A model generated the notes under the pieces. The model saw only the letters and a list, made by a program, of their open reading frames with translations, ran no database searches and was not told the DNA's origin. Below, one piece after another: positions 26,324 to 40,057 of a stretch of 64,000 nucleotides of DNA (positions within the stretch are counted from its first letter, which is position 1; each line of letters begins with the position of its first letter). This DNA comes from Malacoraja senta (Eukaryota), in contig CM075982.1 of assembly GCA_038087875.1 (NCBI GenBank), positions 38,750,001 through 38,814,000 on the forward strand. The letters run 5' to 3'. The translations under genes and the position numbers were made by a program.

Positions 26324-27359
26324 TTGTGTGATTTGACTGATGCATGAGGTAAATGTTTCGTGAAATAAAAGGAGATGCATTTTTACAACCAGTGATATTT
26401 GACGGTCTTTACTACCATGCATAGGACTGGATTTTTGGTGATACAAGAGACTGGATGCAAGAGTCATAAGCAAAAAATGTCAAAAGCAAAAAAAGCAATC
26501 TACTGGAGGAATTCAGTATGTCAGGCAGTATCTATGGAGAGAAATGTAGAGTGTTGGGCTGGGGCCCTTCTGCAGACTGATGGAGATGAAGGGATCTCCT
26601 TTCCGCACACCTTTTTCCTACCAGTTATCCTCCCCTTTACTCCATCAGTCTGAAGATGGGACCTCTGGCTATACAGCAGTCTGTCAGTGTTGCGGAGCTT
26701 GGATTCTGCCTCTCACTCTCTGAAGCAGGACTTCATTAACTGTGGGAGCAGGACAACTGCACCACGTTGGAATGTCATAGCCGTTTTGTGTCTGTACTAG
26801 TTCTAGCAGCAGTGGGCTTTATGGCATTTGCTGGAGGAAAGGTGTTAAACAAGAGAACTTGCTGCTCTGGAAAAATGCTGGCAGGGGTAGCAAGGCTCAA
26901 CATTGCAACCAGGAGCAGTGACTGTATCATTGCATTGTATCATCTGCATTGCATTGAGACTGTATCCTCTCAGCACTGTCAACCGATCATTAAATGCTGA
27001 TCTATGCTAAAATAGCCAGCAACTGAGCTAGTCGGCACATTTCAGAGCAAAATCCTGTCTCTAGTCAAAGGAAATCATCTTGCATTCTTTGTTTGAATGT
27101 GAACAACAAATTACCACAACCTTCTATTTAGCAAAGTCATATTCTGGTCTCTGCACTGAATTGTCCTTATTTTCATGTTGGTTTAACCAGGATCAACAGC
27201 TGGTAACCTTGGACATTGTTGAATCTTGGTTGGTTCTTTGTTCAACAAGTGAAACTTGTAAGGCCATGATGTGTCTGAGAGCCATAACAGGGACATGGCT
27301 GCTGGGAGACATGGATGGGGATCTGAATATTGAAGGTACTTTCCACATTTAAGATGGAC

Positions 27360-28850
27360 AGTTAGGTGGAGAAACGGCCATTCGGCCCATCAAGAATACT
27401 TTGCCGATCATGGCTGATCTATCTCTCCATCCGAACCCTTTTCTCCTGCCTTCTCCCCATAACCCTTGATACCTGTAGTAATCAAGGATCTATCTATCTC
27501 CGCCTTAAAAATATCCATTGACTTGGCCTCCACAGCCGTCTGGGGCAATGAATTGCACAGATTCACCACCCTGTGACTAAAGAATTGTGTTGATGAAAGA
27601 AGTTTCTTGCAGAAAGAAAGGTACGGGCTTAGTTCTGGAAGTCGGGATGTACAAGATGGTTGGTGGATTTAGGGAAGGGTCCATCAGATTGGAAAGTAGT
27701 AAACGTAACTCCCTTATTTAAAAAAATTAGGAAGACAGAAAGTGGGAAACTACAGGCTCATTAGCTTAACAAATAAAGTTAGAGACTATGATAAAAGAAT
27801 TTATAGCAGGGCACTTAGAAAAATTCAAAGTAATTGGGCAAACTCAGCATCGTATAGTGAAAAGGGATATAGTGTTTGATCAATTTATTGTTCATTGATA
27901 TATTAACATGGGCTATGGATAAATGAGAATGGGTTAGACACAAATTGCTGGAGTAACTCAGCGGGACAGGCAGCATCTCTGGATAGAAGGAATGGGTGAC
28001 ATTTTGGGTCGAGATCCTTCTTCAGTCTGAAGACCCGAAATGTCACCCGTTCCTTCTATCCAGAGATGCTGCATGTCCCGTTGAGTTGCTCCAGCATTTT
28101 GTGTCTATCTTCAGTTTAAACCAGCATCTGCAGTTCCTTCCTACACAATGAGAATGGGTTGATGTACTCGGAGATCCAGAGGCAATTTAATAAAAGGCAA
28201 CCTCAGAATTATTGTGGTAAATCAAAGCTCAAAGTGTAGGTGGTTACATAATGGGCATGGGCTGAAGTTTGTCTGGCTAATTGGAAACCTAGTAGGCATA
28301 AATGTGTCCTTTACTGGTTGACAAGATGTAGTGAGTGATGTACAATAGACATTGATGCTGGAGCCATTACTTTACTAAATGATTTGGATTAATTCACTCG
28401 AGGAATGGTTAAGAAATTTCCTGCTGGCACATAGATTGGTAGGAATATAAGTTGAGACGAGCATATGACGAGGTTTAAAAAGGAGAGAGGTAGATAGAGT
28501 ATAGATATAAATGACTGGATGTAAATAAGTTGAAAGCACTTCAGAGAGATTTGCTAGACTGATATACTGAATGCCATAATGTCATATGAGGAACGGTTGA
28601 ACAGACTAGGCTTGAAGAAGAGTTGAGGGAGGACTTGACAGTAACATATCCATAATGATCTGAGAAGTCTTAGCAAGGTAAATGAGGGTGAATTTTTCCT
28701 TTTTCCAGAAAAATCTGGAAAATGAGTCACTGTTTAAAATAAGGGGATATGCGGTTTAAGGTTGATGCAAACTTTTCTGAGGATTATTAGTCTTTGGAAG
28801 CCTCTTCAGCGGAAGTTGAAAAGGGAGGGAAGTTGAAAGGATACACTGAA
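27360..28850. mobile_element. CR1 fragments: 3' end (-) at 27360-27585 and an old RT remnant (+) at about 27620-28850
   Basis: aaacgtaactcccttatttaaaaa...gggaaactacaggctcattagcttaac (NVTPLFKK / NYRPVSLT region). Confidence 0.75.
27936..28146. mobile_element. Penelope-derived fold-back insertion with 14-bp TSD
   Basis: TSD aatgagaatgggtt at 27922-27935 and 28147-28160. Inverted arms of about 80 bp around cttcagtctgaag. Confidence 0.88.
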
Positions 28851-29157
28851 TTAACTGAATTGTTACAATCTGATCTGTCATGACCATGACGAATGGAGGA
28901 TCAGGTTCAATGAACTGAAAGCCCCATTCCTACATCCAGTTCCCAGATCAATAGAAATGTTATTTGACGTGGTGAATGGGAAAGGGTTCCAAGGCTCCCG
29001 GGATGCTGTGCGGAGCCAGGAACCCGCCCCGGAGACGAGGTGGGCAGAAGAAGGAAGACACAGCGGGCTGCGGCCCTGTAGGGGGGGGGAGGCTTGGAAG
29101 CGGTTGAGCTGAGTCCTGAAGACTGGAGAGCCAAGGGGGATGGAGTCGCTGGTCATG

Positions 29158-29328
29158 TGTAGGAAGGAACTGCAGATGCTGGTTTAAATTGAAGATAGAC
29201 ACAAAAAACTGGAGTAACTCAGCAGGTTAGAAAGCATCTGTGGAAAAAATGAATAGGTGACGTTTCTGGAAGAAAGTTCTCGACCCAAAATGTCACCTGT
29301 TACTTTTCTCCAGAGATGCTGTCTGAGC
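29158..29328. mobile_element. Penelope-derived fold-back insertion with 11-bp TSD (1 mismatch)
   Basis: cgctggtcatg at 29147-29157 and cgctggtgatg at 29329-29339. Confidence 0.78.
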
Positions 29329-30660
29329 CGCTGGTGATGACAGACTCGAGGAGTGGGCCAGTTGGAGTGGGACCGGGGTAATACCTCTAGCGCTCCAGCG
29401 CTTTCAAGACCTGTAGTCCCTCTGCCCAGGCTGCAGGAGGCACCCCCAGGACACAATGGTGGTCGAGTGCATCTCTTGACGTCAGTTTGCAGGTCAAGCT
29501 GGTCGAGGGAGACGGAGGAGGCCCTGTAGCAGCCTGGGGCTTACCTGGGGAGTTGGACTTTTGGTAAATGCTGCCGAAATATGGCGACTCCTGCATGTAT
29601 AATCTATGCACATGTTTCTCACTGTGTTTCGGTGAAGAATTTCACTGTGCAATGCACGTAACAATTAAGCACCTTTGAACCATTAGGCGATAAGGCAAAA
29701 AAAACAAAAACAAGCATGTATACTTACAAAAGTTGCGGAGAAAGCAGTGGGGGGAAAGGTGATGGTGGGGTTGGAGTGATTGTGGTGTGAAAGGGATGGA
29801 AATCAGATTTTTAAAAAAAGATTGAAGCCCCTGAGTGACTACTGCAATCTTTGTAAGCCTGGTGAAGGAGGTTTAGAGTGAGTCAAGATGTGGTCTACCA
29901 AAGTTAGGAGAGCTTTAGAACAGACAGACCCAGAAATCATTCGGCAATGGAGGCTTCTGAGCAGATCAGCTGAAGGACCAGGGAGTTAACGTTACGAGAA
30001 TCTAATTAGTGTTGTGCTGTTGGAAGTTCAACACTTGGTTATTCACAACACCAGGGTTGTTGACAATGTGGTCCAGTCTCTGCTGGATGCCAGTGAGTGG
30101 ATGGAACAGGAAATGGGTTTGTTGCAGAGACTGAGACAATGGGTTCATTTTTCCATAATTTTGTTGGCAGCATTTTTTGCTGATTCAGCACTGGGTGTTA
30201 GACAAGCAGCCTACCATCGCGGGGTTAGACTGGCTAAGCAAGTTGTGTCTTGGTCAGAGTCAGTCATTGAGTAACATAGCGTGGAATTGAAGCTTTGCGA
30301 CCCAGCGAGTCTATGTTGATCATCAAGCATCCATTTACACTCATCCCATTCTCTTCTCTTCTCCCCACATTCCCATCTGCTGCCCCAAGATTCTACCACT
30401 CACTAGCACACATTTGGTGCAATTTACGGTGGCCAATTAACCATTCAACCCTCATGCACGTGGGACGTGTGCATTTGGAAAAGTGGAGAACATGGGGGAA
30501 ACACACGGAGTAACAGGCACGATGTGCAAACTTCACACAAAGTTTTCTTAGCATTTTTCCCACTTCTTTATACTTGCCAACTGAGGAATATGTCCTGGTG
30601 ACCTATTTAAATAGGCTGCAAGCAGAGTTTGGAAATTTCCAGCCACTGACCAAAGCCTTA

Positions 30661-30848
30661 AGGGCCTGTCCCACTTGGGCATCATTTGCGCGTCACATAG
30701 GTGGCACGCGAAGATTTTGTGAATCCTGGGGCGCCGTGCGCGACCGCGCGTCACTGCCTACGTCACCATGCATGCGTAATGCACGCCACGTGCGCGTCGT
30801 GACGCGTAAATGATGTCGCGCAAATGACGCCCAAATGGGACAGGCCCT
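30661..30848. mobile_element. CpG-rich MITE (188 bp)
   Basis: About 30-bp TIRs AGGGCCTGTCCCACTTGGGCATCATTTGCGCG / CGCGCAAATGACGCCCAAATGGGACAGGCCCT; TTAA context at both ends. Confidence 0.85.
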
Positions 30849-31488
30849 TAAGTTTTGATGCAAATTGAGTCGAATAATCAGCAGTCTCTCCTACATTGCC
30901 CCAGAGTCTGCAGAGTTCAAAGTGGAACGCTTTTCATAAGTGCTGAAAAATCATAAGAATTCCATCGCCAAAACAGTTTTGAGCAAAATATTCACGGTAG
31001 TCGTTGCCTCAAATTCCAAGGAACACGAACTAAGAATTAAAAAGTTGGAGTCAGGAATTATCTTTAATAATTCAAAATGCATTCCAAAGGAAGCTGGTTG
31101 AACCACACAATTACAAGTTGTTTGTACAGCTGAACAGCGCATCAATTGCTGTTGAAGTATATGGGAAGGCAATAGGTGGGGTTGATATGTACGAGTGATA
31201 AGCCTTGTCCTGCTTTTGAATTCCTATGTTCTTAATCACTCCAGTCAGAGTGGTTTATTTCAATAGACCACTTTCTTACGAGGCTCGTCTGGTATTTGCA
31301 AAGCGGACACTGCAGCCAAAAAAAGCAAAATGAATTAGCAACTCTTCATATTTTGTGATTGGGGGTGGGGGGGGGGGGGGGGGGGGGGATTACAGTTTGA
31401 AGGTCCAGTAATCTTGAACCCACATCACATTGGAAAAATCAGGGAGGATTAGAGAGAGGGGGAGGGGAGCCAGACTACAATGTGGAGA

Positions 31489-31653
31489 GGTGTAGGCAGG
31501 AACTGCAGGTGCTGGTTTAAACCGAGGATAGACACAAGATGCTGGAGTAACTCAGCGGGACAGGCAGCATTTCGGGTTGAAATGTCACTCATTCCTTCTG
31601 TCCAGAGATGCTGCCTGTCCTGCTGAGTTACTCCAGTAATTTGAGTCCATCTG
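31489..31653. mobile_element. Penelope-derived fold-back insertion with 11-bp TSD
   Basis: TSD caatgtggaga at 31478-31488 and 31654-31664. Confidence 0.85.
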
Positions 31654-32659
31654 CAATGTGGAGAAACTGTGTTGCAGTGCAGGACTGGTTCAGACCCTGG
31701 TTGTATATTATATGTAATTTCCTTTGCTTCCTTTTGCCAAAGAGACTCACTGGACGGAGGCTGAAGGTGTGTCTAAGGTATAAATAACTTGCGCTGTTTT
31801 TGCCGAGGGAGAGAACTTTGTCAGAGTTAAGAGGACAGCAAGGATTCCCAACAAGATGCACGTAGATGGAGTGGGTGCTAAGGTGGCTTTTGGTTACCCT
31901 GGGTTCATCCAAGTGGAAGAGGTGCAGGCTGCGTAATTCTCTTTGGTGCGGAGTTACTTTCAGAGAATTGGGGTACTTCAAAAGTGATGTCTATGAAGAG
32001 TGTGCCTCACAAATAGAGTCCAATCGAATATTCATCTATGGCAGGAAGAGAAATAAGAATGACTATAGGAAGACTAGATAGAGGGGGAGGCCATGGCTTT
32101 AAGAACAAATCTGCCTCACATTTCATTAATGCCTTTTGTGTGCCAATCAGCTACTATGTGATTGGACAAGACCTACTTAGGTTGAGGGCCCACCACTTGG
32201 ATATTAATAGTGCTTGGTATGTCAGGCATCACTGGATCAGCCTTGCACAAGGCCATTCCTCTGTGTTGTGCCAGTGCAGGGTGTGAGAAAGAAAGCTGGT
32301 AAAGTTAGGGCTGAGGGTTTGCGAGGTGGAGGGAGGAGGTTATGGATCAGAAGGGTGAGGTTGAGATAAGAATTGTCTACTTGTGGTTAATGGTGACCGT
32401 GATGTGGGATGTGCTGTGATGGGTGTTGGATGGGGCCTGTGGATGGTTAGTCAGGAGGGAGGTTGGTAGGTGGAAGCGGAGGAACTTGTGCCAAGTGGTT
32501 GGTTGGGTTAGGTTAATGCTGATTCAGATGATTGATGCCAGTGGGTCGGGTTGGGTTAGGTTAATGCTGGGGAGAATCTAAAGAGCTGGTGGGTAACCTC
32601 CTAAAATGATGGGGGAGTTGTCAACTCTGAATTAAGATGTGCTCACCTCCCTCCTGATC

Positions 32660-34110
32660 AACCATGAAAATAGGAGCAGGATGGTGCCATACAAAGCTAC
32701 CCTGGCATTCAATGTGATCATGGCTGATTTGTGCTGACCGTATCTCCTCTTCTGTCCCATTTTCAAATAGCATTCAATTCCTTGATCTTTCAAATATTTA
32801 TCCATCTCCATCTTAAACATATCTAATGATCTGCCCTTCACCCACTATCCTCTTGGGCAGTGAATTCCAGAATTTCATTAACCTCTGAGAAGAAATTTCT
32901 GCAAATATCAGTTTTAAATGACCAGACCATATAACCAGTAACAATATACTGTTTTTCTGTTCATGATTCTCTCACTAGTGGAAACATCCCAACATCTACC
33001 CGGTAAAGTTTCCCCTTGCAATCTTGTATGTTTCAATAATGTCACCCCTCATTCTCTGAACTCCGGGAATATAGACCCAAACTGTGTAGTCTCTCTTGAT
33101 AGGACAATTCTCTTATCTGAGTAATTAGCCTGGTGAATCTCCTGTGTGCAATATTCCAGGTGGGACCTCACCAACATCCTTTGCAACTGTAACAAAACTT
33201 TCCTGTACTTAAACTCCCAACTCCTTGTGCCATAAACACCAAATATATTTTGCTTTCATAATGACCTGTCTGTCATGCTATCTGGATCTGTCTGCTATCA
33301 TCTTGAGATTCATGCACAGAACAACCATGTCCCTTGGAATTTTGTACATATGCAATCTATCTCCATTTATATAATTTATATAATTATATAATTTATCTTA
33401 CTGAAGAACCTTGCACTTACCCCACATTAAACTCCATTTGCTTGGGCCAAATCATTCAATCTATTGATGTTGTATCTGTATCTTAAACATACCTAATGAT
33501 TTGACCTCTACCCGTCATATTCAACGTTGTAGAATCACAATGCCCTCATCACAACCGACTCTTCCACCTACTTTTGTATCATTAACAAACGGAAACCTTA
33601 AACCTTAAAATGTTTTCCATCCTCCAGGTCATCAATGTTAATATTAAACAAGGGTCACTAATATATTCCTGGAGCACTCTACTAGTTACATGCCTTTCAC
33701 CTTAAAATAACATTTATTTCAACTCCTTGTTTTCAACATAGTTTTCAATCCATGCAAATACACTTTCTCCAAAACCCTGGGGTCTTCATTTAAGCACAAG
33801 CCTCATGTATGTCACAATGGCAGATGTCTTTGGTCATTCTAAACACATGACATCTACAAGTTCTCCTCTATCAACACTTCCTGACACATCCTCAAAGAAT
33901 TCAAGCAAACCTGTCAAAAATAATTTGCATCTTATAAAACCACGTTGACTAGATTTTATTTTATTCGGCTTTAATTTGTTATTTTTTTCTTTGATTTTTA
34001 ACTCCAACGTCTTGCCAGCAATAGATGTAAAGGTAACTGCCATATAGTTCCTCAGCTGGTATATTTCTCCCTTGTACAATCTTCTGGAACCATCCTGGAA
34101 GTAAGTGAGG
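32660..34110 (-). mobile_element. Old CR1 LINE remnant
   Basis: ORF 33834-34142 SQRGFIRCKLFLTGLLEFFEDVSGSVDRGELVDV; 3' end near 32660. Confidence 0.82.
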
Positions 34111-34300
34111 TTTGAAAAATGCCAATTGAAGTACGGACACATGAATGGGCAGAGAATAGGGAGGTGCGGATCTTGTTGAGGCTGATGGAATTAGTTATGT
34201 TGGCATCATCGCTGGCGCAGGCATGGTGGGTTGCAGGGCCTTTTCCTGAGCTGTACTGTGTTCTATGGAATGTTGGTGGGCTCACTTTTGTTTTATCTCA

Positions 34301-34574
34301 TTTAGTTTAGTTTCGAGATACAGTGTGGAAAAAGGCCCCATACACTAGCCCTATCCCCATACACTAGCCCTATCCTGCACACTAGGGACAATTTCCATTT
34401 TTTTACTTAAGCCAATTAACCTACAAACTGCATCTTTAGAGTGTGGCAGGACACCAGATCACCCGGAGAGAACCCACGTGGTCACAGGGAGAATCTACAA
34501 ACTCCGGACAGGATTGAACCCGGGTCTCTGGCACTGTAAGGCAGCAACTCTACCGCTGCGCCCCAGTACCGCCC
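34301..34574 (-). mobile_element. HE1/V-SINE with an internal 19-bp tandem duplication
   Basis: tttagtttagttt tail; ccccatacactagccctat twice at about 34336-34375. Confidence 0.85.
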
Positions 34575-35195
34575 ATGTTAGTTACCATGTTTGTGTTTAG
34601 TGAATGATGTCCCCTACCTAGAGGTTGTGGGTAGATCTGTCAGGTTTCAAGGAACACGGTGTTAGTGCATATTTTGTTGCCAGAGCAGGCATGATGGGCT
34701 GAATGGCATCCACCAGCTTCTATCTCGTATGTTTTTACTATATTCTTCCTAATCTCATAAGTATTGGCGGCTCACAAGCTTTACTGTTGATTAGTTATCA
34801 CGGGTGTCAGTATGATTACACCCATGAAGATGACAAGGGCTAGGGGTTAACTACTATGCAAATCCTTCCATTATCTCTCATTATTCTGCCAAGTAATAGT
34901 GTAAAGAGTTGAAGTAGACATCTGTTGATCATAAAGCAATAGTTAGCTCTGTGTGAGTAGAATCTGGGGCTTTAACTGAGATGAACCTGCCAAATGCTAA
35001 AATGGTTGCATTTCTCATCATCACTCACTTGAGCTTCAGCTCAGTGAGCCTGGCTTGTGATGGTAGGGAGGTGGACGGGGAATGTAAAGACACATCTTAA
35101 GGCAGGCAGTGCTGAGTGGGACAATTCAAGTTCGTCTCTTCAATGTCTTTCACTCATGAAATGGCATAAATTATGCGCTTTTTAAAATAAACTAA

Positions 35196-35935
<740 letters not shown>

Positions 35936-36619
35936 CTTATGAACCTGGGTGATGTGTTTGGGCAAGGCAGTAACAGGCCCCGGGGCTTTTCTTGGGGATG
36001 TTACTGATTGAATGATTTATTTTGGTCCAGAAATTCCACTTAACTTCCAGTCGATGATTGTATGTGAGCAGGTACTTTGGGGGAAAAACCTCTCCCCTTT
36101 CCCATATCGCCCCAGGACACTAAATGGATCTCCTGGCTGGGTTTGGAGATTAGGTAAAAGGCAACTTCACCGATTCTTTTATAAAAAAACAAACTGTAAT
36201 GTTACCAGTTCTTTTTTTATAAAAGAACAAATGGAGGGATTACACCTGTGGTTCACATGTCTCTAGATCCTTCATTTTCACCCAAGAAATCCCCTTTGTG
36301 CATCCAAGCACTTTAAGGAACTACTCCAATATTATATGGGTGGAATCAGCTAGTACAAGTTATAATGTGCCATGACCATGTTGTTAATGTGTTGAATAAT
36401 ATGGGGTCATGAGGACTGCTCCCTGTGTGTCCGCCTTTTTAAGGGCACCACCATGACCATCTATAATCTTCTCCAGCTGTTCCAACCTTAGGCAAGTATT
36501 ACTTTTGAAAAGGGATGGGCAGAGAATGAAGTTGCAGGTTGACAGGCCATGATTAGAACTTCCCTTCCACAAGTCATCTTTGCAATGAACGTATTGCAGT
36601 TCTGTATTATCAAATCCTA

Positions 36620-36862
36620 GATTGATACAATGTGGAAACGGGCCCTTCAGCTCAACTTGCCCACACTGGCCAACATGTCCCAGCTACACTAGTCCCACCT
36701 GCCTGCATTTGGTCCATATCCCTCCAAATCTGTCCTATCCATGTACCTGTCAAACTGTTTCTTAAATGTTGGGATAGTCCCTGCTTCTACCCTCTGGCAG
36801 CTTGTTCCATGCACCCACCACACTTTGTGTGAAAAAGTTACCCCTCATTTTACTATTAAATT
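36620..36862 (-). mobile_element. CR1-type 3' end fragment
   Basis: Same family as 40058-40272. Confidence 0.75.
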
Positions 36863-37170
36863 AGATTCCTATTGGAGAGAGAGTTAATGGGATCTCACGG
36901 GAAGCAGCCCAGTCTGGGTATCGGATCTCTGCCGGATCACCCAGACTTCAACCTCTCCTGTGGGGGGGTTCTTCTAGCTTCCTCAAAACTGCTTCAAAAG
37001 TGGAAATGCCGTCTTTGCAAGACTTGCTCCCACACTAGAATAAGAATCCTACTCAAGAGGCCCGTGGAAGCCACTTTACGTTAACACTTTAACATGGCCC
37101 ATTATAGTCTAGCAGTCTAGTAATTGATTTCCGGTTCTGCTCGTTGCTAATATTCATGTCTTGCTCTTAG

Positions 37171-37312
37171 GTGAAGCTGTGCACCTTGCCCGTGACTTTG
37201 GTTACGTGTGTGAGACGGAATTCCCCGCAAAAACAGCTGCAGAGTACCTGACCCGACAGCATATGGAGCGGAATGAGATCGGCAACCGGAAGAGCATGCT
37301 CCTTGCAGCCAA
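37171..37312 (+). CDS. TFAP2C: AP-2 gamma coding exon 6 (helix-span-helix)
   Basis: cttag|GT...AA|gtaagt. 142 nt: [47 protein letters not shown](K). Confidence 0.97.
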
Positions 37313-38130
37313 GTAAGTATCATCTCTTGGGGCTGCTACAAGCAGGGCTGGAGGACAGAAATAGGACAAGGGGTGTAATGTGACCACTGAGCTCATCCAG
37401 ACCAGTAAATTGTTATTCGCTCATCTAACATCCTGAGTTTTGTCTCAGTGGTAGATCTATGGTGAGTAAGTGGTGGGTCTTGACAGCGTTGTCTTTGATG
37501 TCTACCATCACTTTGCTGCAGTTTGAGGCTGAGCTGAGTGGGGCAGTAATTGACTGGATTGGATCGGTCCTACTTTCTGTGAACAGGACATGCCAGAGTC
37601 ATTTTCATATTGACAAGTGGGTGCAGGTGTTTCAAATGTCCTTGGAACAGCTTCGCTGGAGGTGCAGCTAGTTATGGAACATAATCCTTCATTGCCACAT
37701 TCTATTGCCTTTCTAATGCCTTTTGCTGTGTCCAGGGTTCTTGGTCATTACTTCAAGTTATGTATTTGTCTGAAGACCTGAGCTGGGCCCAGCACACTGA
37801 TGCGATCACAAAGGAAGCTCACCAACACCTCCACTTCTCAGAAGATTGAGGAAATTTGATATATCACCAAATATTCTATTGAAACCACATCATGTGTATG
37901 GTAGAGAACATACTGATTAGTTGCATCACAGCCTGGTTCAGTAACTCGAATGCCCAAGAATGAAGGAGGCTGCAGAAAGTGGTGGACATTTTCTGGTTGT
38001 AATCCTGTGGAGCATGAACTCCACTTTAGACCCACTAGGCCAAATGGCCTTCTCTGTTGTATAATTGTTAAGGAGCCACTATGTTGCTCTTGGACGAGTT
38101 AACTTCTTTTATCCCTTTTTCTGTTTCCAG

Positions 38131-38422
38131 GCAAATCTTTAAAGAGTTCACTGACATGCTAACCCAGGACCGATCGCCCTTGGGCAATGCCCGCCCTGGC
38201 CCGATCCTGGAACCCGAAATCCAGAGCTGCCTGACCCACTTCAGCCTCCTCACGCACGGCTTTGGGAGCCCTGCCATATGCGCCGCCATGTCCTCGCTGC
38301 AGAATTACCTGAACGAAGCAGTGAAGACCCTGGACAAAATGTACATGGCCAACAGCAGCGGCCAGAGCCCCCAGGAAAACCACAATAAATCCCTGGACAA
38401 AGATGAAAAGCACAGGAAATGA
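38131..38422 (+). CDS. TFAP2C: AP-2 gamma terminal coding exon 7 (dimerisation helix, C-terminus EKHRK*)
   Basis: ttccag|G. 292 nt to TGA at 38420-38422: [19 protein letters not shown]...[12 protein letters not shown]...[19 protein letters not shown]. Confidence 0.97.
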
Positions 38423-40057
38423 GCTGCTGGCTAGGAATCCGTGGACTTTACCCTTCCTCTCCCCTTCTTTGCATCTGGGACTACATGAACTTCACCAAAC
38501 CAGCAACAGCATTGATGGCCAGGGGCTGGATTGAACCTCCTTCTAATTGTCATTTGCAGGGCTGCAGATGTGCACTATGCCTACATGATCCACCATTTTA
38601 TTCATGTTTCAAGTATCAAACCTATCTCGCGCCCTCATCATCATGGCTCCAACTGAGTATCTGGGCCGCTGCCCTCTTTTGCTGGGGTAACAGTCGATGA
38701 AACTGTCTAACTTCCACTGCCAAGGCTATCAGGGATTTGGACTGCTTGTTGAAACCTACAGCTACAAGATATGTTCTGCTCCAGACCCAACTCCCAAGGA
38801 AGGCTCCATCGCACTGCACCACAAGTGATGACATCAAGCTTCTTCCTTCCTGTGGTGTTGGTTGGTGAGAGGGAGCTGGGAAGAGAAAGGGAGAAACTAC
38901 TAGCCTATGATGAAGCAATAGGTGGTTTAGTTTTATGTAACCCGTTGACTTGCACTGTACGTGGCATGGCTGTCTCCCACTAATGTAGTTGTGCTGATGT
39001 TGTCCAGATAAAGATTAGCAGAGAGATTCCCAGCTCTGCTGATATCCCACGTCAGGGAAATAGGATGGAGACCTTAAGGAAGATGAGAAGATAAATCCAA
39101 CAGACAACACATGAAAGCATGTAGTCACCAGATCTTACAGTAATACCTATGGTCAGTAGCCCCCTTGTCTGTCTCTGTCTCTGAATCAGAAACTTGACAC
39201 CCACACTTTGCTGGTCATCACCATATTAGACTGGATCACACTGAGTTGCAAACACACAGGAGCTCCATAACAGGCTTTACTTAGGCGGAAGCCTCTGTAC
39301 AAAATTAAGCTGGTGGAAAGCAGAATCTTAAATAACCAGCACCCATTAGCAGTGGAGCCCAGCTGGTTGAACTTGCGCTTTGAGCAGTTTGATTCCAACT
39401 CTTAATAAATGCGCAGATTGAATCTACATTCCACACAAAGGTCAAAAAGGAAGGTTTTGGTCTTCGGTGCTTTCTTGTCTCTTCTCCTTGCACATTACTG
39501 GGTTTGAACAAGCCCTTTGGACAACCTACTACTGGTCTTTATTCAGGGACTTACAACTTATCTGTGCCCTGGGCACAATTCAGACACCTGTCATTCTCAA
39601 ACTTGGGCTGTAGAAAGAAACATTCACTCCCTCCAGCTCCATCTAATTACAAAGTCCTTTTATAGTTGGCCTTGGGGGAAAGGCCCTACAGAACAAACTA
39701 AAAAACATTCATTGTTTTTAACAAAGTGTAATAATTTGAAAGCTCTGCCTAGGCCAGGGTGGGGAAATGCATGTCCACTGGCAGATGACACTGACAATGA
39801 CTCATTTAATGTCACTCCTTCGAGCTCTGCTGCTAGGATCTGAAGGTGGGTTTGATCTTTTTTAATTCACTCTTGTTCCACAGGTGAGTGCAGGCATGGA
39901 TTTTTTTATTTTTTTTTAATCAGCATGTTTGAGCTGGAAATTGGAGATGGAATTATTGGTAGGGAAGAGCAATAGTTGAGAGATTTGTGTGAGGCTTTAA
40001 CCTGTTTACATAAACTGGTCAGGACAGTCTGGTTAATGCAGCCAAATTAGTAATCCT

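Noticed and set aside
27936-28146. Hairpins as microRNA genes or CRISPR-like repeats
   Set aside because: They are dispersed multi-copy TE insertions with TSDs. There is no repeat-spacer array and the DNA is eukaryotic.
31361-31388. Long G-runs as functional G-quadruplexes (also 2742, 49671, 51652, 51898)
   Set aside because: Simple homopolymers, often inside repeats, with unreliable lengths and no evidence of function.
32490-32570. Near-tandem duplication containing gggttaggtt (telomere-like)
   Set aside because: Only two copies of a short unit in G-rich low-complexity sequence, with no TTAGGG array.
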